Below, piece by piece: positions 1 through 8,848 of a DNA stretch of 20,067 bases. The DNA lies in assembly GCA_031367385.1 (NCBI GenBank), contig JANLPS010000361.1, forward strand, positions 1 to 20,067. Direction: 5' to 3'. This DNA comes from Archangium sp. (GTDB lineage: Bacteria; Myxococcota; Myxococcia; Myxococcales; Myxococcaceae). The stretch's first letter is position 1; each line of letters starts with the position of its first letter. The notes under the pieces were generated by a model that was not told where the DNA came from, did no database searches, and saw only the letters and a list, made by a program, of their open reading frames with translations. The position numbers and the translations under genes are program-made.

Positions 1-1581
1 CACCTTGAGCTCGATGCGGCCCCCACCAGGTGTGTGCTGAATCGCGTTGGCGATGAGGTTGTTGAAGACCAGTGACAAGCGCTCGAGATCGACGACGACC
101 TCGAGGCCTTCAGGTGCGGGCTCGCCGCGCAGCTCGAGGCCGCGCTCGCGGGCAGCTTCGCGGTGAGTGGCGATGACGCTCGCCACAAGGTCGGCGACCC
201 TCATTGGCTGTGCTCGCAGGCCCCCGTGGCCCGACTGAATGCGCGCCACGTTGAGCAGGTCATCGACCATCGCCTGCAGCCGCTCGGTGTCTTCGCGCGC
301 GGCGTAAAGCAGGTCGGCCTGCTTGGCGGTAATCGGGCCGGCCACGCCGTCGATGCACAGGTGAACCGCCATTCGCAGCGACGTGAGCGGGGTGCGAAAT
401 TCGTGCGCGACGGTGGCGACCAAGTCGTTCTTGAGCTCGTCGAACAGGCGTACCCGAGTCACGTCTTGCAGCACGATGCTGACGCCGGCGATGCCCGCCG
501 CGGTCGAATACACGGGGGTCGCCCGAACCAAAAAATAGCGTTGGCCCTCCGAGGTCGAGGCGCTGACCGCCTCTTCGAAGCCCTTGGGCGACCACGGGCC
601 GTGGCCGGCCAGCACGTGGCTCTTGGCTCGTTGCAACCCCTCGCTCAGAGGTGCATCGATGGTGGTGAGCCGGGTCTCCCATTCTTCGACTGAAAGCCCC
701 AGCAGCCGCTCGGCGGCTTCGTTCACGTTGATGAGGTTGCCCTTCACATCGAAGACGATCACCGGGTCAGAGAGGCTGTCGATCGCCGCTTGCGCCGCCT
801 CTTGGGCCTCGAGCAGCTCGCCCAGCGAGCTCTCGCGGTAGCTGCGCATGCGCTGGGTCATGGCGTTGAACTCGCGCGCCAAGCTCGAGATTTCGTCGGT
901 GCCAGTCAGGTTCAGCCGCGCATTCAGGTCGCCTTCGCCGACGCGTCGAACGGCCTGGCTGAGCACTCGCAAGGGCTGCAGCAATCGAGCCGTCAATGCA
1001 CCCGAGGCGAGCAGACCCAACAAGCAGGCCACGACCGTCGCGACCACGAGCAACGTCTCGTTTCGAGCGATCACTCTCTTGACCGCCTCGTTCTTATGAA
1101 CGATCGCGTCGAGGTTGAGCGCCAAGATTTCATCGGCCGGCGCGCGAATCGCGACCAGCCCTGGGCCCAGCGCCTCGGTATAGAGAGTCAACGCGTCGGG
1201 CGGCCCTGATTCGAATCGCGCCAATGCCTCGCGATACAAAGCCCACGCCGCGCGCAGCTGCTGGGTCGCCTCGGCCTCTCCGCGCTCGGTCACGTTGCCC
1301 TCTTGCACTTGAAGGGCCTGCTCGAAGTCGGCGACCAACCTCGAAATCGTCGCGCCCGCGGCCGGGCGTTTGGCCACCAGCTGCTCGACCAGCAAGTGGT
1401 CGATCGTCTCGAGCGCGTCTTTCATGTGCTGGGTCGAAAGAACGCTCCGAAAGTTGTCTCGTAAGATGTTTTGCGCGTCGGCTCCCATCGCGCTCATCGT
1501 TCGAAGAAACAACACGCTCACCAAGACCAACGCCGCTCCGACAGGTACCTGGGCGAGCAGCAACTTCGAGCGGAGCATCAT
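1..1581 (-). CDS. Membrane sensor histidine kinase (TM - periplasmic 4-helix bundle - TM - HAMP - PAS - HisKA - HATPase), 3' end truncated by window edge
   Basis: Translated by hand; absent from the ORF track because it has no stop in the window. Starts MMLRSKLLLAQVPVGAALVLVSVLFL, with ATGA overlapping the kdpD stop (1578-1581). Second TM LLVVATVVACLLGLLASG; HAMP PLRVLSQAVRRVGEGDL...DEISSLAREFNAM; PAS DSLSDPVIVFDVKGNLINVNEAAERLLG; H-box VAHEFRTPLTSL; N-box LVFNNLIANAI. Open for 527 codons to position 1. Confidence 0.93.
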   Translation of the reverse strand, partial: MMLRSKLLLAQVPVGAALVLVSVLFLRTMSAMGADAQNILRDNFRSVLSTQHMKDALETIDHLLVEQLVAKRPAAGATISRLVADFEQALQVQEGNVTERGEAEATQQLRAAWALYREALARFESGPPDALTLYTEALGPGLVAIRAPADEILALNLDAIVHKNEAVKRVIARNETLLVVATVVACLLGLLASGALTARLLQPLRVLSQAVRRVGEGDLNARLNLTGTDEISSLAREFNAMTQRMRSYRESSLGELLEAQEAAQAAIDSLSDPVIVFDVKGNLINVNEAAERLLGLSVEEWETRLTTIDAPLSEGLQRAKSHVLAGHGPWSPKGFEEAVSASTSEGQRYFLVRATPVYSTAAGIAGVSIVLQDVTRVRLFDELKNDLVATVAHEFRTPLTSLRMAVHLCIDGVAGPITAKQADLLYAAREDTERLQAMVDDLLNVARIQSGHGGLRAQPMRVADLVASVIATHREAARERGLELRGEPAPEGLEVVVDLERLSLVFNNLIANAIQHTPGGGRIELKV

Positions 1582-2732
1582 GGCGAGCGCTCCTCGGTCT
1601 CTTCGAACGAGACCACGTGCAGGTCGAAGCCGTCGGCCTCGTTGAGCAGCCGGTGCGGCACCGAGCGACCGAACAGGCGGCGCCACCAGGGCTGGTGCGA
1701 GCGCCCGACGATGATGTTCGAGACCCCGTGCGAGCGCGCGAACTCGATCAGCGCCTGCACCGGGTCTTTGGCTCTGAGCCGAATGACCTCAGCCCCCAAC
1801 TCACGGGCCTTTTCGATGTTGGTCAGCAAGTGGCGCTGAGCCTCGGAGTCGATCAGCTCGGGAGCTTCATCGGGCGTCTCGACGTAGACCACGAACCAGT
1901 CGGTGTTGAGCCTGCCGGCCAGACGCGAGCCGCGGCGCAGCAGGGTCGCCGAGCGACGCGGGTACGATGACATCGCCACCAAGACCCGGTCTTGCGCCGA
2001 GCCGCTGCGTTCTTTGCGGCTGGGGCTCTTGGCGCTCGAGGTTCGGTCGAGCGCCTCGGCGACCTCGCGCAGTGACAGCTCACGCAGGGTGCCGAGGTTC
2101 TCGGTCTTGAAGAACCCCTCGAGCGCCCACGGTATCTTGTCGGCTTTGTAGATCTTGCCGCTGCGCAGCCGCTCTTGCAGGTCTTCGACGTCGAGATCGA
2201 GGTTCACGACCTGGTCGGCCTGCTTGAGAAAGCTGTCGGGTATGGTTTCGCGCACCACCACGCCGGTGACCCGTTCGACGAGCCCATTGAGCGACTCGAG
2301 GTGTTGCACGTTGAAGGCGCCGATGACGTTGATGCCGGCGTTGAGCAGCTCGAGCACGTCTTGATATCGCTTCGCGTTTCGAGAGCCCGGCACGTTGGTG
2401 TGGGCCAGCTCATCGACGACCGCGACCTGCGGCTGGCGCGCGAGCGCGGCGTCGAGATGCATCTCCTGTACGGTGATGCCGCGATACGCGAAGTCTCGCA
2501 GGGGCACCTGCTCGAGCCCTTCGACCAACGCCGCTGTCTCGGCGCGCTCGTGGGTCTCGATGAAGGCCAAGACCACGTCGACGCCGCGCTTGCGAAGCGC
2601 GTGGGCCTCTTCGAGCATGCGATAGGTCTTGCCGACGCCGGCCGCGAACCCGACGTAGAGCTTCAAGCGGCCGCGCTTCGAGCGTTCGACGAGCTCGAGA
2701 AAATCTTCCGCGCGCTGGCTCCCGCTCGCCAT
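1578..2732 (-). CDS. kdpD: Stand-alone KdpD N-terminal domain + universal stress protein (Usp) domain, 384 aa, with no TM or kinase domains
   Basis: RGRLKLYVGFAAGVGKTYRML (Walker A), VAVVDELAHTN (Walker B), KRYQDVLELLNAGINV, NVQHLESLN and VRETIPD are KdpD-domain signatures. C-terminal Usp: RVLVAMSS...WFVVYVET...IIVGRS. The ATG at 2732 (MASGSQRAEDFL) is preferred to 2786, which overlaps kdpC. Confidence 0.93.
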   Translation of the reverse strand: MASGSQRAEDFLELVERSKRGRLKLYVGFAAGVGKTYRMLEEAHALRKRGVDVVLAFIETHERAETAALVEGLEQVPLRDFAYRGITVQEMHLDAALARQPQVAVVDELAHTNVPGSRNAKRYQDVLELLNAGINVIGAFNVQHLESLNGLVERVTGVVVRETIPDSFLKQADQVVNLDLDVEDLQERLRSGKIYKADKIPWALEGFFKTENLGTLRELSLREVAEALDRTSSAKSPSRKERSGSAQDRVLVAMSSYPRRSATLLRRGSRLAGRLNTDWFVVYVETPDEAPELIDSEAQRHLLTNIEKARELGAEVIRLRAKDPVQALIEFARSHGVSNIIVGRSHQPWWRRLFGRSVPHRLLNEADGFDLHVVSFEETEERSP

Positions 2733-2745
2733 GTCGTTCGTACTC

Positions 2746-3351
2746 TTAGCCGCCTCGGTGAGGCCGGGCGAGGGCCAATCGCCCAAACTGCCGATCGAGC
2801 GCGAGGTTGAGCAAGACGACGTTGATTCGAGGCTCGCCCAGCACGGCCAGATCTCGGCCCTCGACTTGTGAATCGATGAGGGTGCGAACCCGCTCGAGCG
2901 ATACGCCTCGCGCCTTGGCCACCCGCGGCAATTGCCAGAGCACCGCCTCTGGCGAGAGGTGCGGGTCGAGCCCGCTGGCGGAGGCAGTCACCAGCTCTGC
3001 CGGCGGGCCGGCCGGCGCATCTGGGTTGTCTCGTCGCAAGCGCTCGAGGTCTGCCGTCACGCGCGCCTTGAGCTTCTGACTGGTGGGGCCCCAGTTCGAC
3101 CCCGACGAGGCGAGCGCGTCGTACCCTGCGCCCGCGGCCGAGGGCCTGAGCTGAAAATACCCCGGTGCGGTGAATGCCTGGCCGATGAGCTCGCTGCCCA
3201 CGAGCTGACCGCGGTCGTCTTCGACGAGGCTCCCGTTGGCTTTGCCAGAGAACAGGGCTTGGGCCACGCCGGTGACCACCAGTGGGTACAGCACCGAGGT
3301 CAGCACCAGCGTCACCAGACTGACCCTCAGTGCAATCACGAATGAGCTCAT
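2746..3351 (-). CDS. kdpC: Potassium-transporting ATPase subunit C
   Basis: N-terminal TM with [10 protein letters not shown]; motifs [71 protein letters not shown] upstream. Confidence 0.97.
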   Translation of the reverse strand: MSSFVIALRVSLVTLVLTSVLYPLVVTGVAQALFSGKANGSLVEDDRGQLVGSELIGQAFTAPGYFQLRPSAAGAGYDALASSGSNWGPTSQKLKARVTADLERLRRDNPDAPAGPPAELVTASASGLDPHLSPEAVLWQLPRVAKARGVSLERVRTLIDSQVEGRDLAVLGEPRINVVLLNLALDRQFGRLALARPHRGG

Positions 3352-3365
3352 CTTGAGAAGGCTCC

Positions 3366-5411
3366 CTAAACCAGGCCCGTGGCCTGTAAAATGAGGTCGA
3401 TGGCTTTGATGCCAATGAATGGGGTGACCAGGCCCCCGAGGCCGTAGATGAGCAACGAGCGCCGCAGGAGCGCCGCGGCCCCCAGCGGCCGGTACCGCAC
3501 GCCCTTGAGTGCCAGCGGTATGAGCGCGACGATGATCAAGGCGTTGAAAATGACCGCCGCCAAGATCGCGCTGAAAGGCGAGGCCAAGCGCATGATGTTG
3601 AGCGGCGCAATTTCAGGAAAAACGCCCATGAACATCGCCGGCAAAATCGCAAAGTATTTGGCGACGTCGTTGGCGATCGAAAAAGTCGTCAGGGTGCCGC
3701 GCGTCATCAGCAGCTGCTTGCCGACCTCGACCACCTCGAGCAGCTTGGTGGGGTTCGAATCGAGGTCGACCATGTTGCCCGCCTCTTTCGCGGCCTGGGT
3801 GCCGGTGTTCATCGCGACCCCGACGTCGGCTTGCGCGAGCGCGGGAGCGTCATTGGTGCCGTCGCCCGTCATCGCGACCAGCTTGCCTTTGGCCTGCTCA
3901 GATTGAATGAGCTTCATCTTGGCTTCGGGCGTGGCCTCGGCCAAGAAGTCGTCGACGCCTGCTTCTTTCGCGATGGCCGCCGCGGTGCGCTGGTTGTCGC
4001 CGGTGATCATCACCGTACGAATGCCCATCGCCCGAAAGCGATCGAAGCGCTCTTTGATGCCACCTTTGACGACGTCTTTGAGCTCGATGATGCCGAGCAC
4101 CCTGGCGCCGTCGCAGACCGCCAACGGCGTGCCGCCGCGGTCTCCGATGCTGCCCGCCACCTCTCTTATTTCTGCCGAGGCCGTGCCACCCAAGCCGACG
4201 ACGTGGGCGATGATGGCCTCGACCGCGCCCTTGCGAACGCTTCGACCGTCGAGGTCGACGCCAGACATGCGAGTCGTCGCGCTGAAGGCAATGAAGTGAC
4301 CGCCCAAGCCGTGCACGTCGCGGCCGCGCAAGCCGAACTGGTCTTTGGCCAGCACGACGATCGATCGGCCCTCGGGAGTCTCGTCGGCCAGGCTCGAGAG
4401 CTGAGCGGCGTCGGCGAGCTCTTCGGCTTTCACGCCACTGCTCGGCAGAAACGCGGTTGCCATTCGATTGCCCAGCGTGATGGTGCCGGTCTTGTCGAGG
4501 AGCAGTACGTCGACGTCGCCGGCCGCCTCGACGGCGCGGCCGCTGAGGGCGATGACGTTCTTGCGCAGGAGCCGATCCATCCCCGCGATGCCGATGGCCG
4601 AGAGCAACCCGCCGATGGTCGTTGGTATCAGGCAAACCAAGAGCGCGACGACGGCGGTGGTCGAGAGGGGCACGCCAGAATAGACGGCCAACGGTACCAA
4701 GGCGACGCACGCGAACAGAAAGATGAGCGTCAAGCCCACCAGCAAGATGTGCAGCGCGATTTCGTTGGGCGTTTTCTGCCTCGAAGCGCCTTCGACGAGC
4801 GCAATCATTCGGTCCAGAAAGCTTTCTCCGGGGTTGGTGGTCACCCGCACCACGATGCGGTCAGAGAGCACCTTGGTGCCACCGGTGACCGCGCTTCGGT
4901 CTCCACCGCTCTCTCGAATGACCGGAGCGGACTCACCGGTCATCGCAGACTCGTCGACCGAGGCGATGCCTTCGATGATTTCACCATCGGAGGGAATGAG
5001 GTCGCCCGGCCCGCAGACGAACGTGTCGTCTTTTCGAAGGGTGGCCGCGGAGACGCTCTGCTCGACCCCGTCGACCAGCTTGCGTGCGCTGGTGTCTTTT
5101 CGCATCTTTCTCAGCGACTCGGCTTGCGCCTTGCCTCGGCCCTCGGCGACCGCTTCGGCGAAGTTCGCGAACAGCACGGTGAACCACAACCACGCACACG
5201 TCCACCCGGTGAACCAGAGTGGGGCGGCAGGGTGCCCGAACAGCAGGTCGCGAGCGAACAAGCAGCTGGTGAGCACGCTGCCGACCTCGACCACGAACAT
5301 CACCGGGTTCTTTGCCATGTGCTGCGTCGCCAACTTGCGCACGCTCTGGGTCGCCGCCTGTTTGAGAATCGACGGCTCGAAGAGCGACGTTGCGTCTGCC
5401 TTGCCAGCCAT
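3366..5411 (-). CDS. kdpB: Potassium-transporting P-type ATPase subunit B
   Basis: [34 protein letters not shown] phosphorylation site, [25 protein letters not shown]; 681 aa. Confidence 0.99.
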   Translation of the reverse strand: MAGKADATSLFEPSILKQAATQSVRKLATQHMAKNPVMFVVEVGSVLTSCLFARDLLFGHPAAPLWFTGWTCAWLWFTVLFANFAEAVAEGRGKAQAESLRKMRKDTSARKLVDGVEQSVSAATLRKDDTFVCGPGDLIPSDGEIIEGIASVDESAMTGESAPVIRESGGDRSAVTGGTKVLSDRIVVRVTTNPGESFLDRMIALVEGASRQKTPNEIALHILLVGLTLIFLFACVALVPLAVYSGVPLSTTAVVALLVCLIPTTIGGLLSAIGIAGMDRLLRKNVIALSGRAVEAAGDVDVLLLDKTGTITLGNRMATAFLPSSGVKAEELADAAQLSSLADETPEGRSIVVLAKDQFGLRGRDVHGLGGHFIAFSATTRMSGVDLDGRSVRKGAVEAIIAHVVGLGGTASAEIREVAGSIGDRGGTPLAVCDGARVLGIIELKDVVKGGIKERFDRFRAMGIRTVMITGDNQRTAAAIAKEAGVDDFLAEATPEAKMKLIQSEQAKGKLVAMTGDGTNDAPALAQADVGVAMNTGTQAAKEAGNMVDLDSNPTKLLEVVEVGKQLLMTRGTLTTFSIANDVAKYFAILPAMFMGVFPEIAPLNIMRLASPFSAILAAVIFNALIIVALIPLALKGVRYRPLGAAALLRRSLLIYGLGGLVTPFIGIKAIDLILQATGLV

Positions 5412-7132
5412 CAGAAGACCCTCTCCGCGCTCGCAAGAAAGTGCTCGACCACCGGAGAAAGCGCCAGCGCGGGGAAGAAGGTCAGTGCGCCGACGATCAC
5501 CACGATGCTGACCAGCAGCCCCACGAACAACAGGCCATTGGTGGGGAAAGTGCCGGGCCCCGGGCTGACGACCTTCTTACCCACCATCGACCCGGCGATC
5601 GCCAGCGCGGGGATGATCATGAGAAATCGGCCGCCCAACATGGTCAGCCCGAGGCTCATGTTCCAAAAGGGGGTGTTGGCGTAGAGCCCGGCGAAGGCGC
5701 TCCCGTTGTTGCCGGCCGCAGACGAGAAGGCGTACAGAATTTCGGTCAAGCCGTGAGGGCCGCCGTTGTTCAGCGACGTAAGACCTTGCGGTATCACGGC
5801 TGCCACGGCGCAAAACCCGAGAATCAACAGGGGGAAGACGAGCACGTAGAGCATCGCGAGCTTCATTTCGTGGCCCTCGATTTTCTTACCCAGATATTCG
5901 GGCGTGCGACCCACCATCAAGCCCGCGATGAACACGCTCAGCACGACCATGATGAGAATGCCGTAGAGGCCGGCGCCAACGCCGCCGAAGATGATTTCGC
6001 CCAGCTGAATGTTGACGAGGGGTACGAGCCCACCGAGCGGGGTCAAAGAGTCATGCATCGAGTTGACCGCACCGCAGGAGGCGTCGGTCGTTACGGTGGC
6101 GAACAACGCCGACGCCGAAACGCCGAACCTGACTTCCTTGCCCTCCATGTTGCCCAAAGGCTCGGGTACGCCCAGCGCGCCGACGATGGGGTTGCCGGCC
6201 GCTTCGGCCGCGTACAAGGCCAACGCGCCTGCGAAGAACAGCACGCTCATCGCGCCGAAGAGCACCCAGCCTTGGCGGGTATCGCGCGTCATCTTGCCGT
6301 AGGTGTGGGTGAGCGCGGCGGGTATGGCGAAGATCGAGACCATTTGAATCAGGTTGGTCAGGGGCGTCGGGTTTTCGAACGGGTGCGCGCTGTTCGCGTT
6401 GAAAAAGCCGCCACCATTGGTGCCGAGCATCTTGATCGCTTCTTGTGACGCCACCGGCCCCATCGGCAGGGTCTGTTTCACGCCCTCGAGCGTAATGACC
6501 TCTCGGTACGCCGCGAAATTTTGCAGCACGCCCTGCGAGACCAGAAACAACGCGTACACCAGGCACACCGGCAGCAACACGTAGAGCAGCCCCCGCATCA
6601 CATCGACCCAGAAGTTGCCGAGGGTGTTGGCACCGTCGGGCCCGGGCCTTCGGGTAAACCCTCGAGCCAGAGCAAGGGCGACGCCGATGCCGGCGGCCGC
6701 CGAGGTGAAGTTGTGCCAGGTCAGGCCGACCATCTGACTCATGAAGCTGAGCGTCGATTCACCGCTGTACGACTGCCAGTTCGTGTTGGTCGTGAAGCTG
6801 GCCGCGGTGTTGAAGCTCAGGTCCCAGTCGACCGCCGCGAAGCCTTGAGGGTTGAGCGGCAGCACGGCTTGCAAGCGAAGAATGGTGTAGGTGACGAGCA
6901 TGCCGATGGCGCTGAAGAGCACCAGTGCGCTGGCGTACTCGCTCCATCGCTGCTCCGGGCTCGTCGCCACGCCGCAGGCTCGCAACAGCACGCGCTCGAC
7001 CGGGCCCAACAGCCGCGGCAACGGTCGTGTTTCGCCCTCGAAGACCCGGTACAAATACGCGCCCAACGGCTTGGTCAGCGCGAGCACGATGAAGAAAAAG
7101 ACGGCCACTTGGGCCCAACCCACGAGCGTCAT
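5411..7132 (-). CDS. kdpA: Potassium-transporting ATPase subunit A (K+ channel-like subunit)
   Basis: Four selectivity-filter motifs TNTNWQ, GTNGGG, ASCGAVN, GNNGSAF; also NSAHPFENP and [21 protein letters not shown] coupling with kdpB; 573 aa. Confidence 0.99.
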   Translation of the reverse strand: MTLVGWAQVAVFFFIVLALTKPLGAYLYRVFEGETRPLPRLLGPVERVLLRACGVATSPEQRWSEYASALVLFSAIGMLVTYTILRLQAVLPLNPQGFAAVDWDLSFNTAASFTTNTNWQSYSGESTLSFMSQMVGLTWHNFTSAAAGIGVALALARGFTRRPGPDGANTLGNFWVDVMRGLLYVLLPVCLVYALFLVSQGVLQNFAAYREVITLEGVKQTLPMGPVASQEAIKMLGTNGGGFFNANSAHPFENPTPLTNLIQMVSIFAIPAALTHTYGKMTRDTRQGWVLFGAMSVLFFAGALALYAAEAAGNPIVGALGVPEPLGNMEGKEVRFGVSASALFATVTTDASCGAVNSMHDSLTPLGGLVPLVNIQLGEIIFGGVGAGLYGILIMVVLSVFIAGLMVGRTPEYLGKKIEGHEMKLAMLYVLVFPLLILGFCAVAAVIPQGLTSLNNGGPHGLTEILYAFSSAAGNNGSAFAGLYANTPFWNMSLGLTMLGGRFLMIIPALAIAGSMVGKKVVSPGPGTFPTNGLLFVGLLVSIVVIVGALTFFPALALSPVVEHFLASAERVF

Positions 7133-7150
7133 GTCGAAGTGTCCTTGCGC

Positions 7151-7240
7151 TTAGAAGCGCTCTGGGCGGAGGAGCGCGTAGACCAGGTACAACGCCAGCA
7201 AGAGCGCCACGACGGCTCCGAGCCAATCATCGAGCTGCAT
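7151..7240 (-). CDS. kdpF: K+-transporting ATPase subunit F (29-aa membrane peptide)
   Basis: Manual translation MQLDDWLGAVVALLLALYLVYALLRPERF*, with the KdpF C-terminal motif YL.YALL.PERF. Strong RBS TAAGGAG 5 nt before the ATG, overlapping the upstream stop. Lies directly upstream of kdpA. Confidence 0.95.
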   Translation of the reverse strand: MQLDDWLGAVVALLLALYLVYALLRPERF

Positions 7241-7249
7241 CAGTGCTCC

Positions 7250-8569
7250 TTAGATCTTGATCATCAGTGCGCCGGTCAGCCGGTCTTCGTTCTTGACCAG
7301 ATCAGGGCTCCAGCCGTCGACCGCTGAACCCGGGGCGCCTTGGTTGCCGCCAGGAGGTGTCACCCCCCCGGGCCCCGTGAAATAGGGGATGCTCGCCGCG
7401 CGGTGGTTGTATTCGACCCGAAAGGTGACGAACTGCACGGGCGAGTAGTCAGCGGTGACTTGCATGTCCCACGCTTGGTATTTCGAGCCGGGGGTGTTGT
7501 TGAAGTACGGGCTCCCCGAGAGCGCGGTCGCGCCGTTGATTGGGGGTACCAGCACCAAATACAGCCCGGGGTTGGTGATCGCGCCACCGCCCACCGTGAA
7601 CCCCAAGCGGTTGTTGAAGAACCAGGCGCGCGCGTAGGCCATGAAGCCCAGAAAAAATTGGTGACCGCAGTCGACGTTGCCGCCCCATTCGCAGCCGGCG
7701 TCGATGGTGAGCGAGGCGGCGACTCGACTGAGCGCGGTGCCAGGGTTGTCGTAGAGCTTGACCATCACGCTGTCGTCGGTGTGAACGCGCATGCGATCGG
7801 GCACGCCCAGCGTATCGGTGCCGAAATACTGGTTGCCGGTGAACGCCAGCCACGAAGTGGGGCGCCAATGAATCTGCAAACCCAGGCCGGGGGCTTGATT
7901 GAACTTGCCGTATGACTGCCAGCCATTGACGAGCCAAGGTTCGATCTTGAGCTTGTCGCTCGTGTAGATCTGAACGCGAACACCGTTGAAGAACCACGGC
8001 GTATTCGATGACACGTATGAGGGCTGATACGTCCAGTTGTCGAAGTTGTAGTAGCTCCACAGACCCACGTACGACATGAAGATGCCGGCCTGCACATTGA
8101 GGCCGCCCAGCACGTCGAAGTGGTAGCCGCCGTAGGCTTCCGAGATGTAGCGGTAGGCGTCGTCGAGCTTCCACTGGCCGACGCCGGTGCTCGCATCGTT
8201 GCGGGGCGTGGTGACCGAGTACATGCCGAACTGAGTCATCAGTCGGGCCATCGCGCCCTTGTAGTAAAAGTCGCCCCCGAACCCGAGCTGGGTGACCTGA
8301 AACTCGCCGCTGCGAAACACTTCGCTCGAGCCAGAGACCGTGTGGTCTTTCGGGTTCGAAAATTCGTGGTGGTACACCGTGTCGACGCGCATTTCTCCGG
8401 TGAAGGGGCCGAACGAAAAGGGCTTCTCGTTGGCGCCGGCATTGCCCGGTATCCACGAGAAGTCGGCGAACGCGAAAGGCGTTGCGGCGGGTGCCTGAGG
8501 CGGCGGCGCGGCCTCTTGAGCGAAGGCCGAGAGTGAAAACAACGAAGTGAGAAGAAGCCAGAAACGCAT
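7250..8569 (-). CDS. Outer-membrane beta-barrel / porin-like protein (probably BBP2/DUF1597-like), first gene of the kdp operon
   Basis: Sec signal peptide MRFWLLLTSLFSLSAFA|Q followed by a Pro/Ala linker. Rich in Trp/Tyr/Phe/Gly with amphipathic strands (FVTFRVEYNHR, RLTGALMIKI); 439 aa. Its TAA stop is part of the kdpF RBS. The ATG at 8569 is preferred over the GTG at 8611. Confidence 0.82.
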   Translation of the reverse strand: MRFWLLLTSLFSLSAFAQEAAPPPQAPAATPFAFADFSWIPGNAGANEKPFSFGPFTGEMRVDTVYHHEFSNPKDHTVSGSSEVFRSGEFQVTQLGFGGDFYYKGAMARLMTQFGMYSVTTPRNDASTGVGQWKLDDAYRYISEAYGGYHFDVLGGLNVQAGIFMSYVGLWSYYNFDNWTYQPSYVSSNTPWFFNGVRVQIYTSDKLKIEPWLVNGWQSYGKFNQAPGLGLQIHWRPTSWLAFTGNQYFGTDTLGVPDRMRVHTDDSVMVKLYDNPGTALSRVAASLTIDAGCEWGGNVDCGHQFFLGFMAYARAWFFNNRLGFTVGGGAITNPGLYLVLVPPINGATALSGSPYFNNTPGSKYQAWDMQVTADYSPVQFVTFRVEYNHRAASIPYFTGPGGVTPPGGNQGAPGSAVDGWSPDLVKNEDRLTGALMIKI

Positions 8570-8587
8570 GTGTGGTGGGCGCCCTTG

Positions 8588-8603
8588 AGCAGCCGGCGTG
8601 CCT
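8588..8603 (-). promoter_or_regulatory. Candidate sigma54 -24/-12 promoter for the porin-kdp operon
   Basis: The minus strand reads AGGCACG-CCGG-CTGCT against consensus TGGCACG-N4-TTGCW, with exact GG-N10-GC spacing. Predicted TSS is about 8577, roughly 8 nt before the porin ATG. Confidence 0.55.
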
Positions 8604-8667
8604 CCATTCACGGCGCCCAGGTGCCCGCAATTGCTTCAAGATCGCGAGTGATGAACGAGTCGTCACC

Positions 8668-8680
8668 TCGCAAACTGCGA
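8668..8680. promoter_or_regulatory. Inverted repeat TCGCA-AAC-TGCGA, candidate enhancer-binding-protein site
   Basis: Perfect 5-bp inverted repeat about 90-100 bp upstream of the predicted kdp TSS. Related palindromes GCAATTGC (8627-8634) and TTTCG-A-CGAAA (8770-8780) lie in the same intergenic region. Confidence 0.35.
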
Positions 8681-8820
8681 AGTCTCATTGCAGATCGAGA
8701 ATCGACGCTGCCGCGCGTGACCCCGCGTCATCGCCACGCGCTCAACGCGGCCCCCTCAAGAATTCGTGGTTTCGACGAAAATTCAGCCACGTCGCGCGCA
8801 TCATTACCTGCGAGTGTCCT

Positions 8821-8836
8821 TGGTTTTTGGTTTGCA
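8821..8836 (+). promoter_or_regulatory. Candidate sigma54 -24/-12 promoter for the divergent lipoprotein gene
   Basis: TGGTTTTTGGTTTGCA has GG(8822-23)-N10-GC(8834-35) with TTGCA at -12. Predicted TSS about 8847, essentially at the ATG (8849). The -24 half is degenerate (TGGT). Confidence 0.35.
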
Positions 8837-8848
8837 GCGGGGGCCGCC

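Noticed and set aside
1578..1581. kdpD pseudogene or frameshift splitting a canonical KdpD
   Set aside because: The downstream kinase has its own N-terminal TM and a different architecture (periplasmic bundle/HAMP/PAS rather than 4TM/GAF). The ATGA overlap is typical translational coupling.
1578..1990. c-di-AMP binding by the KdpD Usp domain
   Set aside because: The S. aureus SxS-X20-FTAxY motif is not matched (MSSY...WFVVY here), so binding cannot be claimed.
3831..5684. 617-aa + strand ORF and other long antisense ORFs (5390-6448, 14208-15170, 18334-19473)
   Set aside because: They lie opposite well-supported genes (kdpB, kdpA, gyrA, VKOR) and have no recognisable motifs. High-GC codon bias depletes antisense stop codons and explains them.
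8610..8790. Possible c-di-AMP (ydaO/yuaA) riboswitch upstream of the kdp operon
   Set aside because: The minus strand has scattered GCTGAAT, GGGGG and GGGGT words but lacks the conserved 3' CCCGAA.CCGUCAGCUAACC.CGUA.GC block. It would also lie upstream of the candidate sigma54 TSS. An Infernal search with the ydaO-yuaA model would settle it.
8570..8848. Extended N-termini given by the ORF track (starts 8570, 8611, 9417, 12161, 17088, 17645, 19776, 2786)
   Set aside because: Downstream starts give proper signal peptides, lipoboxes or RBSs and avoid overlap with neighbouring genes.
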